A stretch of 43,340 nt of DNA from an uncultured Pseudomonadota bacterium (GTDB lineage Bacteria; Pseudomonadota; Gammaproteobacteria; Xanthomonadales; Ahniellaceae): the NCBI GenBank assembly GCA_937996755.1, contig CALKUS010000135.1:1-43340 (forward strand), given 5' to 3'. Below, one piece after another: positions 1 to 10,334 of the stretch. Numbering within the stretch: position 1 is the stretch's first letter; every line of letters begins with the position of its first letter. A model generated the notes under the pieces. That model saw nothing but the letters and a program-made list of their open reading frames with translations. It did not search any database and was not told where the DNA came from. The position numbers and the translations under genes were made by a program.

Positions 1-470
1 CTGTACAAGACTGGTTCGGAGCGACGCCACGCCTTCGCACCCTCGGACGTTCATGCGGAGCGGGGTGCGGTCGGAATTCCTCGACGCACCCGGTCTGGCG
101 GCGAGATTGTTTCAGGGAAGCTTCGGTAGGAGCCCACCCCTGTGGGCGATCGGCGAGTGTCTGCGGTGCTACTCGAAGACCCGGCAGATCGGCTGATCGA
201 AGCGGCTCTGGACTCCCGAGTTCGCCCATCGCTTCGTCGCGCTTCCACGAATCGCTGGAGGACTGCGACGGCTTCGGGGTAAGCGATCTGCCGTCTGTTC
301 GAGTTTGCTTGGAGCACTCGCCGATCGCCCACAGGGTGGGCTCCTACGACATCCTCCCTGCGATTGCGCCGCGGCCAGTTCGGGTGCGTCGAGGAATTCC
401 GACCGCACCCCGCTCCGCATGAACGCTCGAACCTGCGAAGGCGTGGCGTCGCTCCGAAGTCACGTCGTAC
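1..470. repeat. Composite palindromic dispersed repeat (family A). A ~160-bp unit (1-160) and its reverse complement (~318-470) flank a ~155-bp spacer. Each unit ends in TAGGAGCCCACCCCTGTGGGCGATCGGCG (a GTAG-type stem-loop) and starts with a TGTACA-containing end. The element is cut by the window edge.
   Basis: Direct reading: 1-160 is near-identical to the reverse complement of 318-470 and to 15445-15608. The GCCCAC-CCCT-GTGGGC palindrome occurs 4 times in the window. It lies downstream of the pmbA 3' end. Confidence 0.6.
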
Positions 471-500
471 AGCGCGCTCCGTCGGAGCTGCCAGAGCCGA

Positions 501-1856
501 TCACGCCCCCGCCACCGTCATCTTCCCCACGAGTATCGACCCCACGAGGATGTGCGAGCGCGGATCGACGTCGCTGCCGACCGCGCGAATGCCCATCAGC
601 ATCTCGCGCAGGTTGCCGGCAACGGTCACCTCTTCGACCGGAAACGCGATCTTCCCGCTCTGCACCCAGAAACCCGCTGCGCCGCGCGAGTAGTCGCCCG
701 TCACGATATTGACGCCCTGCCCCATGACTTCGGTGAGCAGCAGGCCGGTGCCGAGCGCGTCGAGCATGGCGTCGAAGCCCATCCCGCCGCCGGTCACGAC
801 GAGGTTGTGCACGCCGCCGGCGTTGCCGGTCGATTGCAGGCCGAGCTTGCGCGCCGAATAGCTGCCCAGCACGTAACGCGCGAGCACGCCGTCGCGCACG
901 AGGTCGGAGTCGACCGTGGCAACGCCTTCCGCATCGAACGTGGAGGAGCCGTGCCCGCGGGCGAGGTGCGGGCGCTCGACGATGCCCATCCACGGCGGCA
1001 GCACCGGCTTGCCGGCCTGGCCGACGAGGAACGAGGCCTGGCGATAGAGCGCGCCGCCGCTCGCCGCGGAGACGAGGTGGCTCACCAGGCCGCGCGCGAC
1101 TTCCGGGGCGAACAGCACGGGGCATTCGCGCGTGGAAAGCGAACGCGCATCGAGCCGCTCCAGCGTGCGCTGGCCGGCGCGTCGGCCGATCTCGCGCACG
1201 TCGGTCAGCGAGCCGGCATCGCGCGTCGAGTCGTACCAGTAGTCGCGCTGCATGCCGTTCGCGTCCTCGCCGATCAGCGAACAGCTCACGGAATGACGCG
1301 TGCTGCGCTCGCGACCGAGGAAGCCGTGCGAGTTCGCGTACACGCTGACGCTCTCGGCGCTCGTCACGCTCGCGCCGTCGGAATTCACCAGGCGCGCATC
1401 GAGCGCGCGACCGGCCGCTTCGCATTCGACGCCGAGCTCGATCGCGCGTTCCGCGGACACGTTCCACGGGTGCCAGAGGTCGAGGTCGGGGAAGCTCGTC
1501 GCGAGGCGCGCGGGATCGGCGAGCCCGGCGCACGGGTCGGACTCGGTGAACTGCGCGATCGCGCAGGCCTGCGCGATCGTGGCGTCGATCGACGCGCTCG
1601 TGAGGTCGGCGGTGTTCGCCGAGCCCTTGCGCTGGCCGAAGTACACCGTGACCGACACGCCGCGGTCGCGCGTGTGCTCGAGCGTCTCCACCTCGCCCAG
1701 GCGCACGTTGACCGAGATGCCCTTGTCGAGCGACAGGCCCACCTCGGACTGCGTCGCGCCCGCGCGTTTGCAGCGCGCCAGGACGTCCTCGGCGAGGTTC
1801 GCGAGCCGGTCCAGCTCGGCGTGGCTGTTGTCGGTGCTGGCGACGACTGCGTTCAA
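501..1856 (-). CDS. pmbA: PmbA/TldE metalloprotease (TldD/PmbA family)
   Basis: The 451-aa ORF aligns along its length with E. coli PmbA (for example GDYSRGAAGFWVxxGxI and SYSARKLGLxSTG). It appears to use a TTG start at 1854-1856, and there is no in-frame ATG or GTG nearby. Confidence 0.9.
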   Translation of the reverse strand: MNAVVASTDNSHAELDRLANLAEDVLARCKRAGATQSEVGLSLDKGISVNVRLGEVETLEHTRDRGVSVTVYFGQRKGSANTADLTSASIDATIAQACAIAQFTESDPCAGLADPARLATSFPDLDLWHPWNVSAERAIELGVECEAAGRALDARLVNSDGASVTSAESVSVYANSHGFLGRERSTRHSVSCSLIGEDANGMQRDYWYDSTRDAGSLTDVREIGRRAGQRTLERLDARSLSTRECPVLFAPEVARGLVSHLVSAASGGALYRQASFLVGQAGKPVLPPWMGIVERPHLARGHGSSTFDAEGVATVDSDLVRDGVLARYVLGSYSARKLGLQSTGNAGGVHNLVVTGGGMGFDAMLDALGTGLLLTEVMGQGVNIVTGDYSRGAAGFWVQSGKIAFPVEEVTVAGNLREMLMGIRAVGSDVDPRSHILVGSILVGKMTVAGA

Positions 1857-1873
1857 TGGATAGGCTTCCGTGC

Positions 1874-2431
1874 ATGAACGATGAAGAGCCCGAAGACGAA
1901 GCCCCGCCCGAACGCCTGCCGCGCGACCAGCGACCGAGCCGCAGCTCGAAGCGGCGCGACGCGCTGGCGGTGTTCGACCTGGCCGAGGCGCTCGTGGCGA
2001 TGACCGAGGCGCAGCTCGCGCGCGTCGGGCTGCCCGACGAACTCGCGGCGCTCGTCGCCGAGAGCCGGCGCATCACGCAACACATCGCTCGCAAGCGGCA
2101 GCTGCAGTTCCTCGCGAAGCACCTGCGGCGCAACGAGGACGTCCTTCCCGCGATCCGTGCCGTGCTCGACCACGACCGGGACGAGAAACGCGCCGATGCC
2201 GCGAAGCTGCACCGCATCGAGCACTGGCGCGACCGCCTGATCGACGGCGGCGACGAAGCGCTCGGCGAGCTGCTCGCGGAGCACCCCGGCGCGGACCGGC
2301 AGCACCTGCGGCAGCTCGCGCGCAACGCGAAGGCCGAGCGCGTGGCGAACAAGCCGCCGGCGTCGGCGCGCGAGCTGTTCAGGGTGCTGCGAGCGTTGCT
2401 CGAGGCGCCGGAAATGGGAAATGGGCAATAG
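1874..2431 (+). CDS. yjgA: Ribosome-associated protein YjgA/DarP (DUF615)
   Basis: The C-terminal 150 aa match E. coli YjgA (xRQLQxIGKxLR, WRDRLID, NKPPxSAR). The track ORF starts at 1856 and overlaps the pmbA start by 1 nt. The second ATG at 1874 (MNDEEPEDE) is more plausible. Confidence 0.8.
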   Translation: MNDEEPEDEAPPERLPRDQRPSRSSKRRDALAVFDLAEALVAMTEAQLARVGLPDELAALVAESRRITQHIARKRQLQFLAKHLRRNEDVLPAIRAVLDHDRDEKRADAAKLHRIEHWRDRLIDGGDEALGELLAEHPGADRQHLRQLARNAKAERVANKPPASARELFRVLRALLEAPEMGNGQ

Positions 2432-2490
2432 GAAATCGGAAGAGCGAAGCGCGCTTCGCCGATTTCCGATTTCCGATTTCCGATTTCCGC
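2410..2490. repeat. Family B heptad-repeat hairpin (GGAAATG/GGAAATC units and their complement GATTTCC x4 around the palindrome GCGAAGCGCGCTTCGC). It is the likely bidirectional terminator between yjgA (+) and tldD (-).
   Basis: Direct reading: 2 x GGAAATGGG, then GGAAATCGGAA, a central palindrome, then 4 x GATTTCC. It sits between two convergent stop codons. It resembles the locus at 23419-23562. Confidence 0.55.
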
Positions 2491-2499
2491 GGGCGCAGT

Positions 2500-3963
2500 T
2501 CATCCGCGCGTCCCCCCGACGGTGAGCCCATCGATCCTGAGCGTCGGCTGGCCCACGCCCACGGGCACGCTCTGGCCGTCCTTGCCGCATACGCCGACGC
2601 CGGCGTCGAGCTCGAGGTCGTTGCCGATCATCGACACGCGCGTGAGCACGTCGGGGCCGGAGCCGATCAGCGTGGCGCCCTTCACGGGCCGCGTCACCTT
2701 GCCGCCTTCGATGAGGTACGCCTCGCTCGCGCTGAAGACGAACTTGCCGTTCGTGATGTCCACCTGGCCGCCGCCGAAGTTCACGGCGTAGAGGCCGCGC
2801 GGCACCGAGGCGATGATCTCCTCGCGCGTGTGCTTGCCGGGGCGCATGTAGGTGTTCGTCATGCGCGGCATGGGCAGGTGCGCGAACGATTCGCGGCGCC
2901 CGTTGCCGGTCGCGGCGACGCCCATCAGGCCCGAGTTCAACCGGTCCTGCATCAGGCCGACGAGGCGGCCGTCCTCGATCAGCGTCGTGCACTGCGTGGG
3001 CGTGCCTTCGTCGTCCACGTTCAGCGAGCCGCGGCGATCGGGCAGCGTGCCGTCGTCGACTACGGTCACTCCGGCGGCGGCTATTCTTTCTCCCGTTCGG
3101 GATGCAAACGCGCTTAGTCCCTTGCGGTTGAAATCGCCTTCGAGGCCATGGCCGATCGCTTCGTGCAGCAGCACGCCGGGCCAGCCCGGTCCGAGCACGA
3201 CCGTCATGCTGCCGGCGGGCGCTTCGCCCGCGTCGAGGTTGACGAGCGCCTGGCGCACCGCCTCGCGCGCGAATTCCCACGGCTTGCCGTCGTCGACGAG
3301 GCGGCCGTATGCGTAGCGGCCACCGCCACCGGACGTGCCCTGCTCGCGCCGGCCGTTCGATTCCGCGATCACCTGCACGTTGAAGCGCACGAGCGGGCGC
3401 ACGTCGCCGGCGAGCACGCCGTCGCTCGCCGCGACGAGCACCGTGTCGAGCGCGCCCGAGATGCTCACCACCACCTGCTTCACGCGCGCGTCCAGCGAGC
3501 GCGCGTACGCGTCGATGTCGCGCAGCAGCTTCACCTTGTCGGCCGCGACGAGCGTTTCGATCGGGTCGATCGGCGGGTACAGCGTGCGTCCTTCGCGGCG
3601 CACCAGCGCCTGCGCCGGCGACTCCACGCCGCTGCGCGCGATCGCGCGCGCGGTACCGGCCGCTTCGAGCAGCTGCGGCAACGCGATCTCGTCCGAGTAC
3701 GCGAAGCCGGTCTTCTCCCGGCTGATCGCGCGCACACCGACGCCCTGTTCGATCGAGTGCGAGCCTTCCTTGACGATGCCGTCCTCGAGCACCCAGGACT
3801 CGAAACGCGAATGCTGGAAATACAGGTCGGCGCGGTCGATGCCGCGGCCCATGAGCCGTGCGAACACGCGCTCGAGGTCGGACGGCGCGAGGCCACCGGG
3901 GTCGAGCAGGCGCGACTGGGCGATTCGTTGCGCGTCGGTCATCGTGGGCACGTCGGGGGTCAT
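2500..3963 (-). CDS. tldD: TldD metalloprotease
   Basis: This is the C-terminal 487 aa of the 1775-aa read-through ORF. Strong TldD motifs are present ([17 protein letters not shown], [24 protein letters not shown]). Start [12 protein letters not shown] is at ~3961-3963. Confidence 0.9.
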   Translation of the reverse strand: MTPDVPTMTDAQRIAQSRLLDPGGLAPSDLERVFARLMGRGIDRADLYFQHSRFESWVLEDGIVKEGSHSIEQGVGVRAISREKTGFAYSDEIALPQLLEAAGTARAIARSGVESPAQALVRREGRTLYPPIDPIETLVAADKVKLLRDIDAYARSLDARVKQVVVSISGALDTVLVAASDGVLAGDVRPLVRFNVQVIAESNGRREQGTSGGGGRYAYGRLVDDGKPWEFAREAVRQALVNLDAGEAPAGSMTVVLGPGWPGVLLHEAIGHGLEGDFNRKGLSAFASRTGERIAAAGVTVVDDGTLPDRRGSLNVDDEGTPTQCTTLIEDGRLVGLMQDRLNSGLMGVAATGNGRRESFAHLPMPRMTNTYMRPGKHTREEIIASVPRGLYAVNFGGGQVDITNGKFVFSASEAYLIEGGKVTRPVKGATLIGSGPDVLTRVSMIGNDLELDAGVGVCGKDGQSVPVGVGQPTLRIDGLTVGGTRG

Positions 3964-4019
3964 TGGAGCGAGATGGGGTCGGGCGCATTTGCCCGCAAGG
4001 CGGAATGTACCTGAGCGTG

Positions 4020-7000
4020 TCACTCGCCGGACGGCGGCGGCGCCTTCGCGCGATGGCGCGCGGAATGCTGCTTCTCCACCAGGTCGATCTGCGGCTGGTC
4101 CCAGCTGCCCTTCACCGTGTAGCGCGCGCGACCGATCTGCTTGAGCGGGCTGGAGAGCACGTTCTGCACCACGAGGCCCGCCGCCGCGCCCGCCGGGCCG
4201 GCCGCGAGCGCGCCCACCACGGGCAGCACGCCTCCGACCTTCGGCGACACCTCGAGCTGCTGGTCGTAATCGCGCTGCGCGAGCCCGGTCCGGCCCGTCA
4301 CCTTGATCTCGACCGACGGCCCCTTCAGCACCACGTCGTCGGTGTACGCATTGCCGTTCTCGAGCTTGAACTTGCCGGTGATGCGATCGAATGCGAGGCC
4401 TTCGCCGAAGAAATCGCTGAAGTCGAGCGACAGCCGCCGCGGCAGCGCCTGGAAGCTGATGAGGCCGAACACGCGTCCCATGCCCGGCTCGACGTCCGGG
4501 ATGCGGCCCTTGCCGACGCTCACCTCGAGCGTGCCGTCGGTGGTCGAGAGCCCGAATTGCGCGGGCGATCCCGGCCACTGGCCGCGCAACGTGGCGACCG
4601 TCTGCCCCCCTTCGAACATGCCGGCGAAGCCGAGCGTGTCGAGCATCTTGCCGAGGTCCTCCGCGGTGAACGTCGCGTCGAACCGCGACGTCTCGCCCGC
4701 CGGCGCGAGCGACCAATCGCCGCGCGCGCGGATCTCCAGGTTCGGCGTGCGCGTTTCGAGCCGCTCGACGCGCATGCCGCCCGATGCGGGGAACGTTTCG
4801 ACGCGCGCATCGCCGAGCTGCGCCTTGCCGAAGCGCAGGTCCTTCACCCACAGGTGCAGCGGCGGCATCTGGCCGGGGTCGAACGGCTTGCTCTCCGCGC
4901 CGGGACGCGCCTCCGGGAAATGCAGCTTCTCGAATTCCGCCGTGACGCCCGACGTCGCGCGGTCGCCCGGCATCAGCACCGTGCCGTCGATCAGCGGGCC
5001 CTTCGCGCGGATGCGCGTGCCGCCGGCTTCCGGTGCGAGCGACACGTGCGTGTCGGGGAATTCGCGCGAAAACATGTCGAGCACGCCCGCGTCGAGGTCG
5101 ATGTCGACGCCGCCACCACCGCCGTCCGCGCCGCCGATCGCGCTCCACGCACCGAGGTCCAGCGCCGCGACGTCGCCGCGCACGCGCAGCCCGCTCTCGG
5201 GTAACGGGCCGGGTTCGGCAAGGCCGAAGCCGATCGCCGCGGCGAAGGGCTTCTCGCCCGGCAAGTGCAGGTCGGCGCGCAGCAACCGCCCGAGCTCCAC
5301 GCGCATCGGGCTGTCGGCGACCGGCAGGTCGAGCGCGATGCGCGCGGGCATCGCGCTGTCGGCGTCCTTGCGCAGCGGCGCCGGCAGGTCGATCGCGGTA
5401 CCGACGAGGTCCGAGCGCAGCACGAGGTGCTTCGGCGCCACCACGTCGCCTTCGACCTTGTCGATCGCGAGCTCGACGGTCCACGCGGAGCGGCCGGGCA
5501 TCAGGCCGGTGAACGGCGCGAGCATCGGGTAGTCGCGGACGAGTGTAGACACGGGCAACTCGCCGCGCAGGCTCGCTTCCAGCGAATGCGCGGGCGCGAC
5601 CACGAACTCGCCCTGCGCGATCGACAGCGACGCCGGATCGCCATCGGCGAGCACCGCGAGCTCGTCGGCCGAGAAGCCCGCCTGGCTGAAGCGCAGCGGG
5701 CCGTTCGCCTTGTCGAACGCGAGGTTCCAGGGTGCGTGGCGCAGGTCCGCGTCGTGCAGCCGCACGGTGCCGCGCACCGTCGTCGGCTTGTCCGCGATCT
5801 CCGGTTCCTTCGCGATCGGCAGGTCGAGGTCGAACGACACGTCGGCCGTGCCGCCGACACTGAGCCCCGTCATGTACGAGCCGATCTTCTCTTCCAGCGT
5901 GCTGCGATGGATGAAGTCGGTGATCGAAGCGCCCGTGCCCTGCACTTCGGCCTGCAGCGCCAGCTCGGCGTGCTTGAAGTCGGGAATCTCCGCGTGCGCG
6001 GATGCGATGCGGTTGCCCAGCGCCTCGCCTGCTTCGACGTCGAACGTCAGGCCGTTCTTGATGAACACCGCGTGGCCGTTCACGCCGTGCGCGGCAGGCC
6101 AGCGCGGGTGGTAGTCGAGCGTGAGCGCGGCGATGTTCGCATGCGCCTCGAAGCGCCCCGTGTCCTGCTTGAACGGCCAGTCGTCGAGGTCGCCGCGCAC
6201 GATGGCCAGCCCACCGTCCACGCGACCAGCGACGAGCGCGCGATCGAGCCACTCGCGCGTCTTCTCGGGCATCACGTTGATCGGCCAGAACATCCGCGCT
6301 TTCGGCACCTCGCCGGAAACGACGGCGACCGTCGTGTCGAGGCTCGGCTTCGTGCCCTCGGGGTCGAACCACACGCTCGCGCGCGCGCGCGCCGACGCGC
6401 CCGCCACGGTGAAGTCGAGGTCCACGCCTTCGATGCGCCAGCCGTCCGCGCCGCGCCACGCGCCGAACGTGCCGCTGCGCAGCTCGACCGGCAGCGGATC
6501 GCTGAAGACGTGCGGGAAATCGAGGTCGAAGCGCTCGCGTGCGCGCGGCATGAACACGATCGCGTCGCCATCGCCGAGCAGGCGCCCGGAGATCGTGCCG
6601 AAGCCTGGCGTGCGCTCGCCCGGCCGCAGCGAAAGCTTTTCGACGTCGGCCGACAACGAAGCGAGGCGACCGTGGCCGAACGATGCGCGCAGGTTCGACA
6701 GGCGCCCGCGTGGCGCGCCCTCGAACAGTACGGCGCGCAGCTTCGGCGGAACGGCGCTCGAAAGCGCGGCGAGCGGCGCAAGGCGCGAGAGCTCGAGCCG
6801 CGACGCCTCGACGCCATAGCCGCGGCCGTTCGGCGTATCGCGCGCGACGAGCTTGAGCTGCGTGTCGGGCACGTCGTCGTCGCCGCGCCACTCGAGCACG
6901 TCGAGGCGCCAGCCCTGCGCGTCGCGCCGCCAGCGCGCGGCGGCGCGCCAGTCGGTGAGCTGCGTGCGCGGCTCGATCGCGAGCCCATCGCCGAGCGGCA

Positions 7001-7847
7001 CCGGCTCGGTGCCGCGCAGCACCAGCTGCTCGGCTTCGGTTTCGACGCGCAGCGATTCGAGCCGGCCGTCGACGTAGTCGAACCAGATTTCCGCGCTCGC
7101 CTTGCCCGACATCGGCTGGATGCCGGCGAGCGGCATCTGCGCGAGCCACAGCGCGGGCTCGAGCTCGCGCGCGAGCACGTGGCAGTGCGCGACGCGCGGA
7201 TCGGCGACGCACGCGAAGCGCAGCGGCGGCGATTGCGCATCGATCCATGCGACGCCGCCGAAGCGGCGCGACGCGCCGTCGTTCACCATGCGCAGGTCGA
7301 CGCGCGACAGCGACAGCGACGTGCCGCGCTCCTCGTCGCGCAGCTCGACCTGCGCGGAGCCGAGGCTCACGCCGCCGAGGTCGAACAACGTGTTGTTCGC
7401 ATTCGCGCTCTTCGCACCGCCCGCGAGCCGCGCGATCGTGATCTTGCCGGCGGCATCGCGCACCACGTCGGCCTGCACGCCCACGACGCGGAACTCGCTG
7501 AAGCTCGCGTCCTTGCGCATCCACGAATAGAAGTCGATCACGAGCTCGGCGCGATCGATGTCGAAGCTGCCGCCGCCGGTCGGGTCGACGAGGCTCACGC
7601 CGTCGAGCGTGAAGATCGGCCCGCGCGGCGACCAGCGCCCCTGCAGCGCGCGAAACGTGACGGGTCGCTTGAGCTTTTCGCTCAGGAACGCGCGCACCTT
7701 CTCGGGGTGGCTGACGAGCCACGGCATCGCCACGGCCACGCACGCGAGCACGACCGCCCCGCCGATCACGACGAACGCGATCGCGCCCTGGATCGACAGG
7801 CGCAGCCGCCGCCGGCGGCGTTGCCATTTGGTCAGGTGCTGGTGCAT
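4020..7847 (-). CDS. yhdP: YhdP/AsmA-like inner-membrane protein (DUF3971, C-terminal AsmA-like region); E. coli gene order rng-yhdP-tldD is conserved
   Basis: 1275 aa with an N-terminal TM helix. The C-terminus is homologous to E. coli YhdP (FGEGxxFDxI, GPLDDPQI-like end). It sits between rng and tldD. Confidence 0.85.
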   Translation of the reverse strand: MHQHLTKWQRRRRRLRLSIQGAIAFVVIGGAVVLACVAVAMPWLVSHPEKVRAFLSEKLKRPVTFRALQGRWSPRGPIFTLDGVSLVDPTGGGSFDIDRAELVIDFYSWMRKDASFSEFRVVGVQADVVRDAAGKITIARLAGGAKSANANNTLFDLGGVSLGSAQVELRDEERGTSLSLSRVDLRMVNDGASRRFGGVAWIDAQSPPLRFACVADPRVAHCHVLARELEPALWLAQMPLAGIQPMSGKASAEIWFDYVDGRLESLRVETEAEQLVLRGTEPVPLGDGLAIEPRTQLTDWRAAARWRRDAQGWRLDVLEWRGDDDVPDTQLKLVARDTPNGRGYGVEASRLELSRLAPLAALSSAVPPKLRAVLFEGAPRGRLSNLRASFGHGRLASLSADVEKLSLRPGERTPGFGTISGRLLGDGDAIVFMPRARERFDLDFPHVFSDPLPVELRSGTFGAWRGADGWRIEGVDLDFTVAGASARARASVWFDPEGTKPSLDTTVAVVSGEVPKARMFWPINVMPEKTREWLDRALVAGRVDGGLAIVRGDLDDWPFKQDTGRFEAHANIAALTLDYHPRWPAAHGVNGHAVFIKNGLTFDVEAGEALGNRIASAHAEIPDFKHAELALQAEVQGTGASITDFIHRSTLEEKIGSYMTGLSVGGTADVSFDLDLPIAKEPEIADKPTTVRGTVRLHDADLRHAPWNLAFDKANGPLRFSQAGFSADELAVLADGDPASLSIAQGEFVVAPAHSLEASLRGELPVSTLVRDYPMLAPFTGLMPGRSAWTVELAIDKVEGDVVAPKHLVLRSDLVGTAIDLPAPLRKDADSAMPARIALDLPVADSPMRVELGRLLRADLHLPGEKPFAAAIGFGLAEPGPLPESGLRVRGDVAALDLGAWSAIGGADGGGGGVDIDLDAGVLDMFSREFPDTHVSLAPEAGGTRIRAKGPLIDGTVLMPGDRATSGVTAEFEKLHFPEARPGAESKPFDPGQMPPLHLWVKDLRFGKAQLGDARVETFPASGGMRVERLETRTPNLEIRARGDWSLAPAGETSRFDATFTAEDLGKMLDTLGFAGMFEGGQTVATLRGQWPGSPAQFGLSTTDGTLEVSVGKGRIPDVEPGMGRVFGLISFQALPRRLSLDFSDFFGEGLAFDRITGKFKLENGNAYTDDVVLKGPSVEIKVTGRTGLAQRDYDQQLEVSPKVGGVLPVVGALAAGPAGAAAGLVVQNVLSSPLKQIGRARYTVKGSWDQPQIDLVEKQHSARHRAKAPPPSGE

Positions 7848-7854
7848 CGACAGC

Positions 7855-8010
7855 GCTCGAGGCTCGGCGCAGATCCGCGACGCGCCGAGCGCCCGTCGTC
7901 CGAGTCTGGGTCTGAGTCTGAGTCTGAGTGCGAGTACACCGAGGTCACCATGGTCGCCGAAAAGTCTCGTCCGTGCGCACTCAGACTCAGACTCGGACCG
8001 GGCCTTCGCG
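7855..8010. repeat. Family D hairpin repeat: GAGTCT hexamer tract (x5) paired with a downstream CAGACTCAGACTCGG tract, plus a second small hairpin CTCGGCGC-N11-GCGCCGAG
   Basis: Direct reading of the rng stop / yhdP start intergenic region. A ~20-bp stem surrounds a ~50-nt loop. It is probably the rng terminator or a REP element. Confidence 0.5.
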
Positions 8011-8037
8011 AAGCAGCGTTCATTGCCGAGCGGGTCG

Positions 8038-9537
8038 TCAGAGCAGCACCACGTCGTACTGCTCCTGCGAATACTGCTCCTCCGCCTGGAAACGAATCGT
8101 TTTTCCGATGAACTCCTCGAGCTCGGCGACCGCGGCCGATTCCTCCTCGAGGATCTTCGACACCACCTTCGGCGCCGCGAGCACGAGCAGCTTGGCCGCC
8201 TCGAACTGCCGCACGGCGCGCGTGATCTCGCGGAAGATTTCGTAACAGACGGTCTCGGGGGTCTTCAGGCTGCCGCGGCCGCCGCACGCGACGCACGGCT
8301 CGCACAATTGCCGCTCGAGGCTGTCGGTGGTGCGCTTGCGCGTCATCTCCACCAGGCCGAGCGGCGACATCTCGTAGACGGTGGTCTTCGCGTGGTCGCG
8401 CGCGAGCGCCTTCTCGAGCGTGCGCAATACCTGCCGCTTGTGCTCCTCGTCCGTCATGTCGATGAAGTCGATGATCACGATCCCGCCGAGGTTGCGCAGC
8501 CGCAGCTGCCGTGCGGCCGCCTGCGCGGCCTCGAGGTTGGTGCGGAACACCGTCTCCTCGAGGTTGCGCGAGCCCAGGAAGGCGCCCGTGTTCACGTCGA
8601 TCGTCGTCATCGCTTCCGTCTGGTCGATGACGAGGTGCCCGCCCGACTTCAATGGCACTTCCTTCTTGAGCGCGCGCTGAATCTCGTCCTCGACGCCGTA
8701 CAGGTCGAAGATCGGGCGCTCGCCCGGGTAGTGCTCGATGCGGTCGGCGAGCTCGGGCATGAACTGCTGCGCGAACGCCACGCAGCGTTCCCAGGTCTCG
8801 CGCGAGTCCACGCGCACCTTCTCGATGTTCACGCGCATCATGTCGCGCACGGCGCGCAACGGCAGCGAGAGGTCCTCGTAGATGCGGTCGCCGACGCGCG
8901 AATCGGCAATCTGCCCCTGCACCGTGTCCCACACCTTGCGCAGGTAGGCGACATCCTCGGCGAGCGCCTCCGCCGACTGCCCTTCGCCGTTCGTGCGCAG
9001 GATGAAGCCGAACTTGCCGCCGTCCTGCAGCGTCGTGACGATGTCCTTCAGGCGCTGCCGTTCGGTTTCGTCCTCGATGCGCGCGGAAACGCCGAGCACG
9101 CGCGAGGTGGGCAGCAGCACGATGCAGCGCGACGGGATCGACAGGTGCGTCGTGAGGCGCGCGCCCTTCGTGCCGATCGGGTCCTTCACCACCTGGACGA
9201 CGATCTCCTGGCCGTCGCGGACCAGCTCGGCGATCGGCGGCGTCGGCCCGTGGCCGTTGCCATTGCCGTTCCCGTTGCCGTTCGCCTCGTCGCCGGTGTC
9301 GGGCGCGGGCGTGCGCATGATGTCGGATGCATGCAGGAACGCAGCGCGTTCCAGGCCGATCTCGACGAACGCGGCCTGCATGCCGGGCATGACGCGCGAC
9401 ACGCGACCCTTGTAGATGTTGCCGAAATAGCCGCGGCGGGAGGCGCGCTCGAGGTGCACTTCCTGCAACATGCCGTTTTCGACGACGGCGACTCGGGTTT
9501 CGCGTGGGGTGACGTTGATCAGGATCTCTTCGGACAC
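8038..9537 (-). CDS. rng: Ribonuclease G (RNase E/G family)
   Basis: 499 aa, collinear with E. coli Rng (IYKGRVSRVxPGMQAAFVxIGL, DQTEAMTTIDVNTGAF, LGLVEMTRKRT). It has a GTG start. It contains a (Asn-Gly)n low-complexity insert (GNGNGNGNGHG) in the variable S1-adjacent segment. Confidence 0.9.
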   Translation of the reverse strand: MSEEILINVTPRETRVAVVENGMLQEVHLERASRRGYFGNIYKGRVSRVMPGMQAAFVEIGLERAAFLHASDIMRTPAPDTGDEANGNGNGNGNGHGPTPPIAELVRDGQEIVVQVVKDPIGTKGARLTTHLSIPSRCIVLLPTSRVLGVSARIEDETERQRLKDIVTTLQDGGKFGFILRTNGEGQSAEALAEDVAYLRKVWDTVQGQIADSRVGDRIYEDLSLPLRAVRDMMRVNIEKVRVDSRETWERCVAFAQQFMPELADRIEHYPGERPIFDLYGVEDEIQRALKKEVPLKSGGHLVIDQTEAMTTIDVNTGAFLGSRNLEETVFRTNLEAAQAAARQLRLRNLGGIVIIDFIDMTDEEHKRQVLRTLEKALARDHAKTTVYEMSPLGLVEMTRKRTTDSLERQLCEPCVACGGRGSLKTPETVCYEIFREITRAVRQFEAAKLLVLAAPKVVSKILEEESAAVAELEEFIGKTIRFQAEEQYSQEQYDVVLL

Positions 9538-9649
9538 GTGGGGGGACGGGTGGGAAGGTCGATCCAGAGCTTATAGCCCGCCCGTGGACCTACGGCCAGC
9601 CCCGGACTCTCGGTGCGGTCCGGTGCGTCCCCGCCGGCGCGGGAAGCGC

Positions 9650-10255
9650 TCAGCGCGCGGCCGCGACGCCGAATTCCCGCAACAACCGAGCGGTCTCGAA
9701 CAGCGGCAGTCCCATCACGCCCGTGTAGCTGCCGTCGATGCGAGAAACGAACGCCGCTGCACGGCCCTGGATGCCATAGGCGCCGGCCTTGCCGAACGGC
9801 TCGCCGGTCGCGACGTAGGCGTCGATCGCCGCGGCGTCAAGCGCTGCCACGTGCACGGTCGATTCCTGCAGCACGAGCTTCTCGCGTCCGGCGTCCGCGA
9901 TGCAGACGGCCGACAGCACGCGGTGCGCGCGGCCCGCGAGCCGGGCGAGCATCGCGCGCGCAGCGTCGGCGTCCGCGGGCTTGCCGAACACGTCGTCGCC
10001 GAGCACCACTTCGGTGTCGGCGGCGAGCACGACCGCGTGCGGCGTCGCCGCCACCTGCACGAGTCCGGCGCCGGCCTTCTCGCGCGCGACGCGGCGCACG
10101 TAGTCCTCGGGCGGCTCGCCGGGCGCGCGCACCTCGTCGACGCTCGCGTCGAGCACGCTGAACTGGTAACCGAGCTGCTCGAGCAGCTGCCGGCGGCGCG
10201 GCGATTGCGAGGCGAGGAAAAGCACGGCCGGTCCCGTTCGGTGGCGTGTCCGCAT
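9650..10255 (-). CDS. maf: Maf-like nucleoside-triphosphate pyrophosphatase (septum-formation-associated)
   Basis: This is the internal start MRTRHR of the 332-aa track ORF. It has Maf hallmarks (LASQSPRRRQLLEQLG, DTEVVLGDxxFGKP, GKAGAYGIQG). The upstream 130 codons are an Arg/Pro-rich high-GC artefact. Confidence 0.85.
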   Translation of the reverse strand: MRTRHRTGPAVLFLASQSPRRRQLLEQLGYQFSVLDASVDEVRAPGEPPEDYVRRVAREKAGAGLVQVAATPHAVVLAADTEVVLGDDVFGKPADADAARAMLARLAGRAHRVLSAVCIADAGREKLVLQESTVHVAALDAAAIDAYVATGEPFGKAGAYGIQGRAAAFVSRIDGSYTGVMGLPLFETARLLREFGVAAAR

Positions 10256-10334
10256 GATCGCAGCGCGACGGACCCCGGAAAAGAAGCGGGGCCCCGAAGG
10301 GCCCCGCGAATACTTCAGTGAAACTCGATTCGGC

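Noticed and set aside
51-420. Small ORFs inside the family A repeat (for example 51..332 and 169..420, and 15046..15498 at the second locus). They give a recurring RRSPTGVGSYR peptide at both loci.
   Set aside because: The shared peptide is just a translation of the repeated DNA (GCCCACCCCTGTGGGCGATCGG). There is no Shine-Dalgarno sequence, and the frames differ between copies.
2410-2490. Repeat arrays (GATTTCC x4, GAGTCT x5, CCGCTCCC repeats) as possible CRISPR arrays
   Set aside because: The units are 6-7 bp with no unique spacers of 25-40 bp and no cas genes. They are hairpin-forming REP-like or terminator elements.
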